Shown: one piece after another, positions 20,541 to 29,569 of the stretch
How positions within the stretch are numbered: position 1 is the first letter of the stretch
Layout of the letters: every line of letters begins with the position of its first letter
Assembly (NCBI GenBank): GCA_965215335.1
Contig: CBDCDA010000001.1
Location: 960,001-1,024,000, forward strand
DNA length: 64,000 bases
Reading direction: 5' to 3'
Source: an uncultured Candidatus Entotheonella sp.
Lineage (GTDB): Bacteria; Tectomicrobia; Entotheonellia; Entotheonellales; Entotheonellaceae
Program-made: the position numbers and the translations under genes
The notes under the pieces: generated by a model
Databases searched by the model: none
What the model was told of the DNA's origin: nothing
Seen by the model: only the letters and a program-made list of their open reading frames with translations

Positions 20541-22175
20541 TCAGACCTCCATGCCGCGGATAGCGTCCACAGCCTTGAGGGCCGACAAGGCGGACCCTTC
20601 CTGCCAACCGTGCAGCTCGCTGGCCTGATCCCCGGCGAAGTAGACGGCTCCATCCCTGATCACGCCGTTGGCATCGCGCAGAGGATTCAGTGCGGGTGTC
20701 CCTTCCGAGGGCCAACCGCCCAATTGATAGGGCACTTCACTCCACACACGACTGACGCCGTTGAGCCTGCCCATCTCTGTCAATTGGTCGCGGTAACCGG
20801 GGTGAATTTTCTCCCCGAATTCAATCGCCTTCTCCAGGCGCTCGGCCGGGGTCAGTGGGGCAAAAATCCTGGAGCCTGCCTCCCCCCAACCGCCGGGTTC
20901 GCCAAAACTGTAGGCCCCCACAATCACACCCTTGCGGCGATGATAGCCGTTGGCGGGGTACCATATCTGCGTAATCCCGTTGAAACTCGTCCAGGAAATG
21001 CCGCCATAGATGTGATGGTCTTCTTCCCAGAAGCGACGGGGCGCCTGAAAAGCGATCTTGAAGGCCCTGGAAAATTTCGTCTTCCGGATCATTTCTTTCG
21101 TTCTCTCTCCAAAGTTGTTCGTTATGCCCTCCAGGACGGGGGCCGGGATGGTACAAATCGCATAGTCATAGTCCATCTCCCAAGGCAAACCGTCGTCGGA
21201 AGCTCTTATCATGACACCGCCGCCGGTCATGTTCATGATTTCTTCAGCAACCGTGTCGTAGTAAATGACGACGCCCTTCGCGAGTACCTCTCTCTTGAAG
21301 GCATCGACGATCTTGTCCATGCCGCCGACGGGCTGGAACAGGGTCGGGTTCTGGTCGAGCCCGTGCGCAAAATGGGTGGGATAAAACCTGTCGCCGGAGT
21401 CGAAGTCCAGCCCTAGCACCTCTTTCAGCGTGCGGGGCATGACCGGCATGGCCTCGTTGCCCAGGCCAAGCCCCACATGGACGTACTCACCCTCGGTACC
21501 GGCGCGGCCCGAGCCGCTGTACATGTCGTCACCGTCCAGGGCGCCAAAACGCCTGAGCATCGCCAGAAGGTTTTCCTTGTCGCCGCCCGTCAATTCACCA
21601 TCCAGGTGACCGCCATTCACCGCCTTGGCCAGAAGCTCGGCGATGTACCCCCGCTGATCCGTGTGGAACTGCCGCGCCGTCACGGGCCTGCCGCCGAAAC
21701 TGTTCGTGCCATGGAAGAAAGCGGCCCGGTTGTCGTTGGTGAAGACTTCCAGCTCGACGCCGAATTCCTTGCAATAGCCGAGGATGGTCTCGTGATGATA
21801 GGGAAGGCGCGCCGGCCCCATGTTGGCGTACAGGTAATCCTCGTCGTCGAACCCGACCACCTGCCGGTTGTTGATCTCCTCCAGCACGTCGCCGCCACGC
21901 GCCGTCAGACTACGCCCGCCGGCCCGCGAGGTGGCCTCCAGAATCTCGCAGATGTATCCCGCCTTGGACAGTTCATAAGCCGCCGTCAGCCCCGCAATGC
22001 CCGCCCCGAGGATGACGACCCTTTTACCATCACCCGGCCCCTGCGAGGATGCGCGGGACGAACAACCCGTCAGGCTCGACACGCCCAACATCCCCAGCGC
22101 CGCCATGCTCCGGTACACCCCCGCCGCACCGGCCACCGAGCCGATATACCGAAGAAACTGCCTCTTCGTCAACAT
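20541..22175 (-). CDS. Flavin monoamine oxidase / L-amino-acid oxidase family, predicted exported lipoprotein
   Basis: GAGIAGL, EATSRAGGR, NMGPARLP, QPVGGMD, YFAGD...GWQEGS. Tat-like TKRQFL plus lipobox LTGC. Confidence 0.88.
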   Translation of the reverse strand: MLTKRQFLRYIGSVAGAAGVYRSMAALGMLGVSSLTGCSSRASSQGPGDGKRVVILGAGIAGLTAAYELSKAGYICEILEATSRAGGRSLTARGGDVLEEINNRQVVGFDDEDYLYANMGPARLPYHHETILGYCKEFGVELEVFTNDNRAAFFHGTNSFGGRPVTARQFHTDQRGYIAELLAKAVNGGHLDGELTGGDKENLLAMLRRFGALDGDDMYSGSGRAGTEGEYVHVGLGLGNEAMPVMPRTLKEVLGLDFDSGDRFYPTHFAHGLDQNPTLFQPVGGMDKIVDAFKREVLAKGVVIYYDTVAEEIMNMTGGGVMIRASDDGLPWEMDYDYAICTIPAPVLEGITNNFGERTKEMIRKTKFSRAFKIAFQAPRRFWEEDHHIYGGISWTSFNGITQIWYPANGYHRRKGVIVGAYSFGEPGGWGEAGSRIFAPLTPAERLEKAIEFGEKIHPGYRDQLTEMGRLNGVSRVWSEVPYQLGGWPSEGTPALNPLRDANGVIRDGAVYFAGDQASELHGWQEGSALSALKAVDAIRGMEV

Positions 22176-22334
22176 GGTGCCCTCCTTCCCCTCTCAATCG
22201 AAGTAACACGATCCCTGGATAAACGTTATGGATGATATTTTATCACGACTTGTCGTTATGCGCAGAAGAAATATACGGTCAGGGTTGTTTTTCAACCCCG
22301 GATACGACGACCTGCTGATTCTGCAATCTGCACA

Positions 22335-22350
22335 CTGGCACGTAAATTGC
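22335..22350 (+). promoter_or_regulatory. Sigma54 (-24/-12) promoter upstream of clpB
   Basis: CTGGCACGTAAATTGC matches YTGGCACG-N4-TTGC with exact GG-N10-GC spacing. Confidence 0.72.
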
Positions 22351-22408
22351 CTTATCCGAATCTGGACAGATAAACCCATCTCACCCCATGACCCAGAGGA
22401 GGCATGAC

Positions 22409-25033
22409 ATGAATCTCGACAGGCTGACACAAAAATCGCAAGCGGCCCTGCAAGCGGCACAGGGCAAGGCGTTGCGGCGCGGGCACGTGGAGGTGGACAG
22501 CGAGCATTTGTTGCTGGCCCTGGTGGAGCAAAGCGACGGGCTGGTGCCGCGACTGCTGGAGCGCATGGGCGTGCCGACCGCCCCACTGGCGCAGGCGGTG
22601 GAGCAGGAATTGAACCGCCGGCCGCGGGTTTCGGGGCCAGGCGCCGAAGCCGGCAAAATCTACATCACGCCAAACCTGCAGAAACTGCTGCTCAAGGCGG
22701 AGGACGAGGCCGGGCGGCTCAAGGACGACTACGTCTCGGTCGAGCATCTGCTGCTGGCGCTCGCCGACGACGGCAGCCAGAGCGCCGGCGGCGGCCTCCT
22801 GCGCCAATTCAACGTCACGCGGGACGCGCTGCTGGAGGCGCTGGCGGCCGTGCGGGGACACCAGCGGGTCACCAGCGATACGCCGGAAACCGCCTACGAA
22901 GCGCTCGACAAATACGGCCTGGACCTGGTGGCGCAGGCCCGGCAGGGCAAGCTCGACCCGGTTATCGGGCGCGACGATGAAATCCGCCGCACCATTCGCA
23001 TCCTGTCACGCAAGACCAAGAACAACCCGGTGCTGATCGGCGAGCCCGGCGTCGGCAAGACCGCTATCGTCGAAGGGCTGGCGCAGCGCATCGTCAAAGG
23101 CGACGTGCCGGAGTGGCTGCGCGACCGCCGCATCTTCGCCCTGGACATGGGCGCCTTGCTGGCCGGCGCCAAGTTCCGCGGCGAGTTCGAGGAACGCCTC
23201 AAAGCCGTGCTCAACGAAATCAGGGAGAGCGCCGGCAACATCCTTCTGTTCATCGACGAGCTCCACAACATCGTCGGCGCCGGGCGTACCGAGGGCTCGC
23301 CGGACGCCGGCAACATGCTGAAACCCATGCTGGCGCGCGGCGAGCTGCACTGTATCGGCGCCACCACGCTCAACGAGCACCGGCAATACATCGAAAAAGA
23401 TGCCGCCCTGGAACGACGCTTTCAGCCGGTGCTGGTGGACGCGCCCTCCGTCGAGGACACCATTTCCATCCTGCGCGGCCTGCGCGAGCGCTACGAGGTG
23501 CACCACGGCGTGCGCATTCAGGACAACGCCCTCGTCAGCGCGACGGTGCTCTCCAACCGTTACATCGCCGACCGTTTCCTGCCCGACAAGGCCATCGACC
23601 TGGTCGACGAAGCCTGCGCCATGGTGCGCACCGAGATGGACTCGATGCCGACCGAGCTCGACGAAATCACCCGCCGCATCATGCAATTGGAAATCGAGGA
23701 TGCGGCACTCGACAAAGAGACCGGCAAGGCCAGCCAGGACCGCCTCGACGCCCTGCGCCAGGAACTGGCCGATCTCAAGGAGCAGGCCGGCACGCTGCGG
23801 GCACAGTGGGAGACCGAGAAAGGCGCCATCGGCGAGGTGCGTGCCCTGCGGGAGGAAATCGAGCAGGTGCGGCGGGACGTCGAGCAGGCCGAGCGCGCCT
23901 ACGACCTCAACCGCGCCGCCGAACTGCGACACGGACGGCTGCCCGAACTGCAAAACCGCCTGGCGGGCGCGGAAGCCGGCATGGCCGGACGCAACGGCGG
24001 CCGCCTGCTGCGCGAGGAGGTGAGCGAGGACGAAATCGCCGCCATCGTGTCGCGCTGGACGGGCGTTCCCGTCACCCGGCTCGTCGAGGGCGAGCGCGAC
24101 AAGCTGCTGCGCCTCGACGACATCCTGCACCAGCGCGTCGTGGGCCAGGACGAGGCCGTGAAATTGGTGGCGGACGCCATCATCCGGACGCGCGCCGGCA
24201 TCAAGGACCCGCGCCGTCCGATTGGCTCCTTCATCTTCCTCGGCCCTACCGGCGTGGGCAAGACGGAACTCGCCAAGACCCTGGCGGCAGCGCTGTTCGA
24301 CAGCGAAGACAACCTCGTGCGCATCGACATGAGCGAATATATGGAGCGACACACCGTGTCGCGCCTCATCGGCGCCCCGCCGGGATACGTCGGCTACGAG
24401 GAAGGCGGTCAGCTCACCGAGGCGGTGCGCCGCAAGCCCTACGCGGTGCTCCTGTTCGATGAGATCGAGAAGGCGCACCACGACGTGTTCAACGTCCTGC
24501 TGCAGATTCTCGACGACGGCCGCGTCACCGACGCCCACGGCCGCACCGTGGATTTCAAGAACACGGTGATCATCATGACGTCGAACATCGGCTCCCAGCA
24601 CCTGCTGGAAGGCATTTCAGCCGCCGGCGACATCAACGAAGCGGCACGGGCAGCCGTCATGCAGGAGTTGCGGCAGCACTTCCGGCCGGAATTCCTGAAC
24701 CGGGTGGACGACACGGTGCTGTTCAAGACCCTGACCCTGGACGAGATTGAACGCATCGTCGACCTGCTCGCTGACGAGCTGCGCCGGCGGCTGGCCGACC
24801 GCGACGTCAAGCTCGACCTCAGCGGCGCAGCACGCTCGCTGATCGCCCGCCACGGATTCGACCCGGTTTACGGCGCGCGGCCGCTACGACGGTTTCTGCA
24901 GCACGAACTGGAAACGAGGATCGGCCGGGCGCTGATCGGTGGCGACGTGCGCAACGGCGCTGCGGTGCGGGTGGACGTGCGGGACGGCGCCCTTGCCGTG
25001 GACATCGACAATCCGCCGGACAGCGACGCCTGA
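22409..25033 (+). CDS. clpB: Chaperone ClpB
   Basis: Two AAA+ modules ([16 protein letters not shown]), coiled-coil middle domain, [29 protein letters not shown]. Confidence 0.97.
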   Translation: MNLDRLTQKSQAALQAAQGKALRRGHVEVDSEHLLLALVEQSDGLVPRLLERMGVPTAPLAQAVEQELNRRPRVSGPGAEAGKIYITPNLQKLLLKAEDEAGRLKDDYVSVEHLLLALADDGSQSAGGGLLRQFNVTRDALLEALAAVRGHQRVTSDTPETAYEALDKYGLDLVAQARQGKLDPVIGRDDEIRRTIRILSRKTKNNPVLIGEPGVGKTAIVEGLAQRIVKGDVPEWLRDRRIFALDMGALLAGAKFRGEFEERLKAVLNEIRESAGNILLFIDELHNIVGAGRTEGSPDAGNMLKPMLARGELHCIGATTLNEHRQYIEKDAALERRFQPVLVDAPSVEDTISILRGLRERYEVHHGVRIQDNALVSATVLSNRYIADRFLPDKAIDLVDEACAMVRTEMDSMPTELDEITRRIMQLEIEDAALDKETGKASQDRLDALRQELADLKEQAGTLRAQWETEKGAIGEVRALREEIEQVRRDVEQAERAYDLNRAAELRHGRLPELQNRLAGAEAGMAGRNGGRLLREEVSEDEIAAIVSRWTGVPVTRLVEGERDKLLRLDDILHQRVVGQDEAVKLVADAIIRTRAGIKDPRRPIGSFIFLGPTGVGKTELAKTLAAALFDSEDNLVRIDMSEYMERHTVSRLIGAPPGYVGYEEGGQLTEAVRRKPYAVLLFDEIEKAHHDVFNVLLQILDDGRVTDAHGRTVDFKNTVIIMTSNIGSQHLLEGISAAGDINEAARAAVMQELRQHFRPEFLNRVDDTVLFKTLTLDEIERIVDLLADELRRRLADRDVKLDLSGAARSLIARHGFDPVYGARPLRRFLQHELETRIGRALIGGDVRNGAAVRVDVRDGALAVDIDNPPDSDA

Positions 25034-25048
25034 CATCCTCCACACACG

Positions 25049-25085
25049 GGTGCGACGTTGCCTCCGTCGCAGGCAACGTCGCACC
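25049..25085. terminator. 15-bp inverted repeat after clpB (terminator or REP-like)
   Basis: GGTGCGACGTTGCCT-7 nt-AGGCAACGTCGCACC. Confidence 0.55.
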
Positions 25086-25284
25086 ACCGCACCGACCCCG
25101 TTTGCGAGACGGGGAAAAAGGCGCGCGTCATGCGTGAAGACTCGCCGGGTTGGCGCCCGCTCCCACCCCAGGATCAGAGCGAAATGCGTGATTGGTGTGG
25201 ACTGAAGAGGGGAAATCGTGCGTTAATGGGGCGCATGCACAGCAATGGCGCCATTCACTCGACGTACAAGGGAGGTATTCAAGC

Positions 25285-25698
25285 ATGTCCGCAACGACCG
25301 AGAAACAGATGAAGATCGCCCATGCCACCAGGGAAACGGCCCCAAACGTGCCAGGACGGCGGTCGTTCTTCACCTATCGCGACCTCGGGGTCACCGACGC
25401 CACCCAGGGGGCCATGCGCGCGCAACTCACAGAAGCCGTCACCGGCATGACGGAACCGACCGGGTGGCATTATCACGTCTGCGAGGCGCAGTTCGTGTAT
25501 GCCCTGAAGGGCTGGGTGGATCTGGAATTCGAGACGGGTGAACAGATTCGCTTGCAGGCGGGCGAGTCACTGTTCATCCCCGGCGGCATGCGCCACAACG
25601 AGATCAGCACCTCGGACGACCTGGAAATTCTGGAAGTTTCCGTGCCGGCGCAGATGGACACGGTGCCGTGCGAGCGGCCAGCCGATTTGCCCGCCTAG
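25285..25698 (+). CDS. Cupin domain protein
   Basis: GWHYH-x3-Q-x-VY-x-LKGW and GESLFIPGGMRHNE; GGAGG RBS. Confidence 0.85.
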   Translation: MSATTEKQMKIAHATRETAPNVPGRRSFFTYRDLGVTDATQGAMRAQLTEAVTGMTEPTGWHYHVCEAQFVYALKGWVDLEFETGEQIRLQAGESLFIPGGMRHNEISTSDDLEILEVSVPAQMDTVPCERPADLPA

Positions 25699-25711
25699 CC
25701 TCTTCCTGACC

Positions 25712-25729
25712 CCATCGCTGCCGGATGCC
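25712..25729 (+). repeat. 18-bp direct repeat, left copy
   Basis: CCATCGCTGCCGGATGCC, identical to 27684-27701. Confidence 0.85.
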
Positions 25730-25895
25730 GACCGGAAGGTGATGCCGACACCGGCAGACGGCAGCGACAAAGGCCAGAGTCTCTGATTCTTCTCACACCT
25801 CCGCTCTCTGACCACGCCTCGCGGCGGCTTCGTATCTTCCTCTTGCACATCCGCAGCCTTTCGACCAGCTGGCCTGTCACACTTCCGATCACGTT

Positions 25896-25926
25896 GCAGG
25901 TCGGATTGGCGAAGCGTAATCCGACA
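25896..25926. repeat. REP-like palindrome
   Basis: GCAG-GTCGGATT-GGCGAAGCGT-AATCCGAC-A; resembles GTAG-family REPs. Right half recurs imperfectly at 45122-45136. Confidence 0.5.
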
Positions 25927-25994
25927 CGCCCTCGCGCCATCCAGGTTTTCCGCCGTCGGAGGATGGCCCCGCATCAGACGCCCTCAACAATTCG

Positions 25995-26030
25995 TTGACA
26001 TATTTATCTATTGATAATAAATTATTGTAA
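25995..26030 (+). promoter_or_regulatory. Sigma70 promoter overlapped by a Fur/Zur-like palindrome
   Basis: TTGACA-17 nt-TAAATT; AT-rich TGATAATAAATTATTGT with ATAAT-AA-ATTAT symmetry over the -10. Confidence 0.6.
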
Positions 26031-26135
26031 TCGTTTCTTCACACCGGTCATCTCCGAAGAAGAGAATGGCCCACCTCATGATATATGGCTGTCCATGACC
26101 ATCTACGGATGATCAGGGAAGATAAAGGAGAAATC

Positions 26136-27638
26136 ATGTTCGTTCAATCTGTTGCCGCAAACGTGGGACGATTGGCAATGACCCTCTTGTTCGCCCTGGC
26201 CTTGGCAGGCTGCGGTGACGATACCGATGGCACAGCCCCCGTGACGATGGACCCCCATGAACATGAGCATGAGCACGAAGGGGAACACGAAGGTGAATTT
26301 CCTGGCCGCCTGATGGTCATGGACGCTGAAAACTACCAACTCAATGTGTTCGATCTCGAATCCGAACGGGTTGTTGCGACGTTTGACGATCACGATGGGT
26401 TCGAGAAAGGGCAAGCGGATGGTTTCACACATTATGTGAGGGGGACCTCGGATGGCCGCTATGGTTTCGTATTACAGCGGTCAAGAAACCTCCCACTCGA
26501 TGACCCCTCGCTTGCGGAAAACAGAATTTTCGTCATCGACGGCGGGCTGACGGTTGAAGAACACGGAGGCCACCTTGACCCCGTATGGGGGACTCCTACT
26601 CTATTGCCCTATCGGCTGGGACACGGCGGGGGAGAAGTCGGCCTTTTCAACCCGGTTCACTTCGTCAGCCATCATGGCCTTACCGCCATCTTCTTCGATG
26701 GCATCGCCCCTAGCGCTGAAGGCGCGGAAGTGCAGGTGGATGAACAGAATGGCTTCGCCGTTGCCTACGATAACTCGGATTTCGATAGCGACACGCTCCC
26801 GGACCCGATTTTCGAACTCGACATCGGAAACTATTCTCACGGCGCCGCCGTGGCCGTTCACGATGATCTGTTCATCGTAACCTTGGCGGACCCGGCCGGT
26901 GGTCTGCCGAACGGTGTGGCAACCTACGACGGCCACGCCCACGATAATTCCGAGGTTGTGCAGACCTTTCCAGACACCTGCCCCCGTCTGCATGGCGAGG
27001 CGGTTTCGGGTCCTTACGTGGCGTTCGGCTGCCTGGATGGCGAGGGCATCCTGGTACTGATCCACGACGAAGAGAGCGATTCGTTTGACCACGCTGTAGT
27101 CGCTTATCCCGACTCCGACATGGGTTCAGGGGGGGTAGCTGGCGGCACGGGACCTTCAGGCGCAATTTTCATGGCCAGATACGGGGACAGGTTCATCAAG
27201 ATCACCAAGGATGATATTGAAGATGGGCTACAGGCGAATCCTGAAGTGATCGAGGTGGAAGCTGGCAACGAGCGGTACAGGGGCTTCGCCTTCGAACCCT
27301 ACATGGATCATAATTTCGGAGGAGAAGGCCGCTTCGTGGCGCTCAGTAGAACAACCGGAAACCTGTATATCTTCGACCTTACCATGGAAGCCGGTGAGGA
27401 ACTGGTCGGCCAGATAACGGGAATCGTGGGCGACACGAGCGAAGGTTGTCCGAACGACCAATGTCCTGACCTCGCGCTTGCCCCAGGCTTTGCGTATGTC
27501 AGCAACCCTACCGAAAACAAAGTCTACGAGGTGAACCTGGAGGAGGCCGAAATAGAACGTGAATTCGAGCTGAACGCCCCCGCCGAACTCGTGGTGTTCG
27601 GTTGGTTCGGGCTGGAAGAGGAGTTGGTGTTTCACTAG
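26136..27638 (+). CDS. His-rich lipoprotein, AztD-like zinc metallochaperone (beta-propeller)
   Basis: Lipobox LAGC; HEHEHEHEGEHEGE; EHGGH, PVHFVSHHG, SHGAAV, CPRLHGEA...FGCLDG; very acidic; AAGGAG RBS. Confidence 0.72.
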   Translation: MFVQSVAANVGRLAMTLLFALALAGCGDDTDGTAPVTMDPHEHEHEHEGEHEGEFPGRLMVMDAENYQLNVFDLESERVVATFDDHDGFEKGQADGFTHYVRGTSDGRYGFVLQRSRNLPLDDPSLAENRIFVIDGGLTVEEHGGHLDPVWGTPTLLPYRLGHGGGEVGLFNPVHFVSHHGLTAIFFDGIAPSAEGAEVQVDEQNGFAVAYDNSDFDSDTLPDPIFELDIGNYSHGAAVAVHDDLFIVTLADPAGGLPNGVATYDGHAHDNSEVVQTFPDTCPRLHGEAVSGPYVAFGCLDGEGILVLIHDEESDSFDHAVVAYPDSDMGSGGVAGGTGPSGAIFMARYGDRFIKITKDDIEDGLQANPEVIEVEAGNERYRGFAFEPYMDHNFGGEGRFVALSRTTGNLYIFDLTMEAGEELVGQITGIVGDTSEGCPNDQCPDLALAPGFAYVSNPTENKVYEVNLEEAEIEREFELNAPAELVVFGWFGLEEELVFH

Positions 27639-27683
27639 TAGCCGGCGGGCCGGTCCCCTCTCTCCCCGCGCCCGCCACTGGGT

Positions 27684-27701
27684 CCATCGCTGCCGGATGC
27701 C
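27684..27701 (+). repeat. 18-bp direct repeat, right copy
   Basis: CCATCGCTGCCGGATGCC, identical to 25712-25729. Confidence 0.85.
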
Positions 27702-27739
27702 CTCGGATGGGTAGACGCCGGGCGCCCGGCAGCGGTGGG

Positions 27740-28264
27740 TCACAGGGTCGATTGGCGCCATTCCTCCCGACGGATGCCGTACGCCAGGACCTCTTCCCCG
27801 TGCAAGTCCATGCGGCCTTGCAACCGCTGGCCGAGCTTCTCCGCCACCCGTAGCGACGCTGCGTTCTGCGGACGAATCAGACTGATGACACGGTCCCGCG
27901 CCATTTCGTCAAAAACGCAAGCCAAGGCGACCCGAGCGCCCTCCGTGGCATACCCCTGCCCCCAGGACGACCGGCGGATCGTCCAGGTCAATTCCAGGCC
28001 GGGCCATCCTGCCGGGTAGTACGGACCAATGCGTCCGACCAGTTCACCGCTGGCGCGTTCCTCGACCGCCCAGGGGCCAAAACCCAACAGTTGCCAGTGC
28101 CCCAGCAGCATGGCCATGTGCCGCCAGGCCTCCGAGGGCGACAGCGGCTGGCCGTGGGACAGATAGCGCGCCACCTCCGGGTCGGCCAGCATGTTCGCAT
28201 AGGCGTCGAAATCCGCCTGGCGGAACATCCGCAGGCGTAGCCGTGACGTTTCCAGCGTGGTCAT
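27740..28264 (-). CDS. GNAT acetyltransferase (RimJ/RimL type)
   Basis: LETSRLRLR, WGQGYATE, NAASLRVAEKLG; start trimmed to ATG 28264. Confidence 0.9.
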   Translation of the reverse strand: MTTLETSRLRLRMFRQADFDAYANMLADPEVARYLSHGQPLSPSEAWRHMAMLLGHWQLLGFGPWAVEERASGELVGRIGPYYPAGWPGLELTWTIRRSSWGQGYATEGARVALACVFDEMARDRVISLIRPQNAASLRVAEKLGQRLQGRMDLHGEEVLAYGIRREEWRQSTL

Positions 28265-28269
28265 GGCGC

Positions 28270-28617
28270 CTATTTCGCCGCCGTGATCATGATTTCCACC
28301 ATGTACTGCGGCGACGCCAGCTTGCTCTCCACGCAGGCGCGGGCCGGCGGGCTGGCGGGATCGATCCAGGCGTCCCAGGCCTCGTTGACAGCGCCGTAAT
28401 AGGCCATGTTGGCGAGCCAGACCTGGGCCGACAGCACCTTGGACTTGTCGCTGCCGCAGCGCGCCAGATAGGTGTCCACCTTGGCCAGAATCTGCTCCGC
28501 CTGCGCCTTCGGGTCGGCCACCGGATCGCTGGCCACGAGGCCGGCCAGATGCACGGTGGTGTCGGTTTCGACCGCCTGACTCATGCGCGGGCCGGTGTCG
28601 TGTCGCTTGATCGCCAT
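28270..28617 (-). CDS. RidA/YjgF family protein (YoaB-like)
   Basis: RMSQAV, VNEAWDAW, PPARACVE, VEI. Confidence 0.9.
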   Translation of the reverse strand: MAIKRHDTGPRMSQAVETDTTVHLAGLVASDPVADPKAQAEQILAKVDTYLARCGSDKSKVLSAQVWLANMAYYGAVNEAWDAWIDPASPPARACVESKLASPQYMVEIMITAAK

Positions 28618-28795
28618 CGTCGTCTCCTCTCGAGTTGGTTCGGTTTGCGGGCAGCAGCCGCTGCCCGGCGCGGCATCGTACCGGCTTCGCCGCCCCAGCG
28701 CAACAAGCCGAGATAACGCTTGCCAATGGCCAGCCGGATGCGTAGCCTATGACGCTATCGTTGTCGCTGCTCCACACAACAAGAGGAGACCCCGC

Positions 28796-29536
28796 ATGGA
28801 CGACGCAACGGCACCCCAAGGCACCTCGTTCTCATACAAACGGTTGATTCCCGTCGGGGTGCTGGTTCTCGGTCTCGTGGCGTTTTTCGTCTTCGACCTC
28901 GGGCGCTTCCTCAGCTTCGAAACGCTGCGCGAGAACCGCGCCACCCTGCTCGCCTGGGTGGATGCCTACGGCGTCATCGCTGCCCTCGTCTACATGCTCA
29001 TCTACGCCGTCGCCATCGCCTTTTCGCTGCCCGGTGGCGCTGTCCTGACCATCACCGGCGGCTTTCTGTTCGGCTCGCTCTGGGGCACCGTGTGCGTCGT
29101 CTTTGCCGCCACCGCGGGCGCCACGGCCCTCTTTCTGATCGCCAAGACCTCGTTCGGCGACGCGCTGCGGGCCAAGGCCGGCCCGGCGCTGCAAAAGATG
29201 CAGGAGGGCTTTCAGGAAGGCGCCCTGAGTTACTTGCTGGTGCTGCGCCTGGTGCCGCTCTTTCCGTTCTTTCTGGTCAATCTGGTGCCGGCGTTCCTGG
29301 GCGTTTCCCTGCGCGTCTACGTGCTGGGCACGTTCATCGGCATCATCCCCGGCACCTTCGTGTTCGCCACGGTGGGGGCCGGTCTTGGCAGCGTGTTCGA
29401 CCAAGGCGGTGCATTCAGTGCCGCCGGCATCCTTACGCCGCAGATCATCACGGCGCTCGTCGGTCTGGCCGTTCTGGCGCTGATCCCCGTCGTCTACAAG
29501 AAAATCAGGGCTCGCTCCGGCAAGACGCCCGCATAG
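28796..29536 (+). CDS. TVP38/TMEM64 (DedA-like) membrane protein
   Basis: SLPGGAVLTITGGFLFG, LRLVPLFPFFLVN, GIIPGT; GAGGAG RBS. Confidence 0.9.
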   Translation: MDDATAPQGTSFSYKRLIPVGVLVLGLVAFFVFDLGRFLSFETLRENRATLLAWVDAYGVIAALVYMLIYAVAIAFSLPGGAVLTITGGFLFGSLWGTVCVVFAATAGATALFLIAKTSFGDALRAKAGPALQKMQEGFQEGALSYLLVLRLVPLFPFFLVNLVPAFLGVSLRVYVLGTFIGIIPGTFVFATVGAGLGSVFDQGGAFSAAGILTPQIITALVGLAVLALIPVVYKKIRARSGKTPA

Positions 29537-29569
29537 TCCGGCACCCCGGACAAGCAGGAGGACGCGAAG

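Noticed and set aside
20371..22400. tRNA-Ala-anchored genomic island with att sites
   Set aside because: No duplicated tRNA 3' end or integrase found.
25695..25974. Short minus-strand ORFs with a faint Doc-like GGxxxIRDxGL stretch
   Set aside because: No Fic motif or RBS; overlaps the REP-like palindrome.
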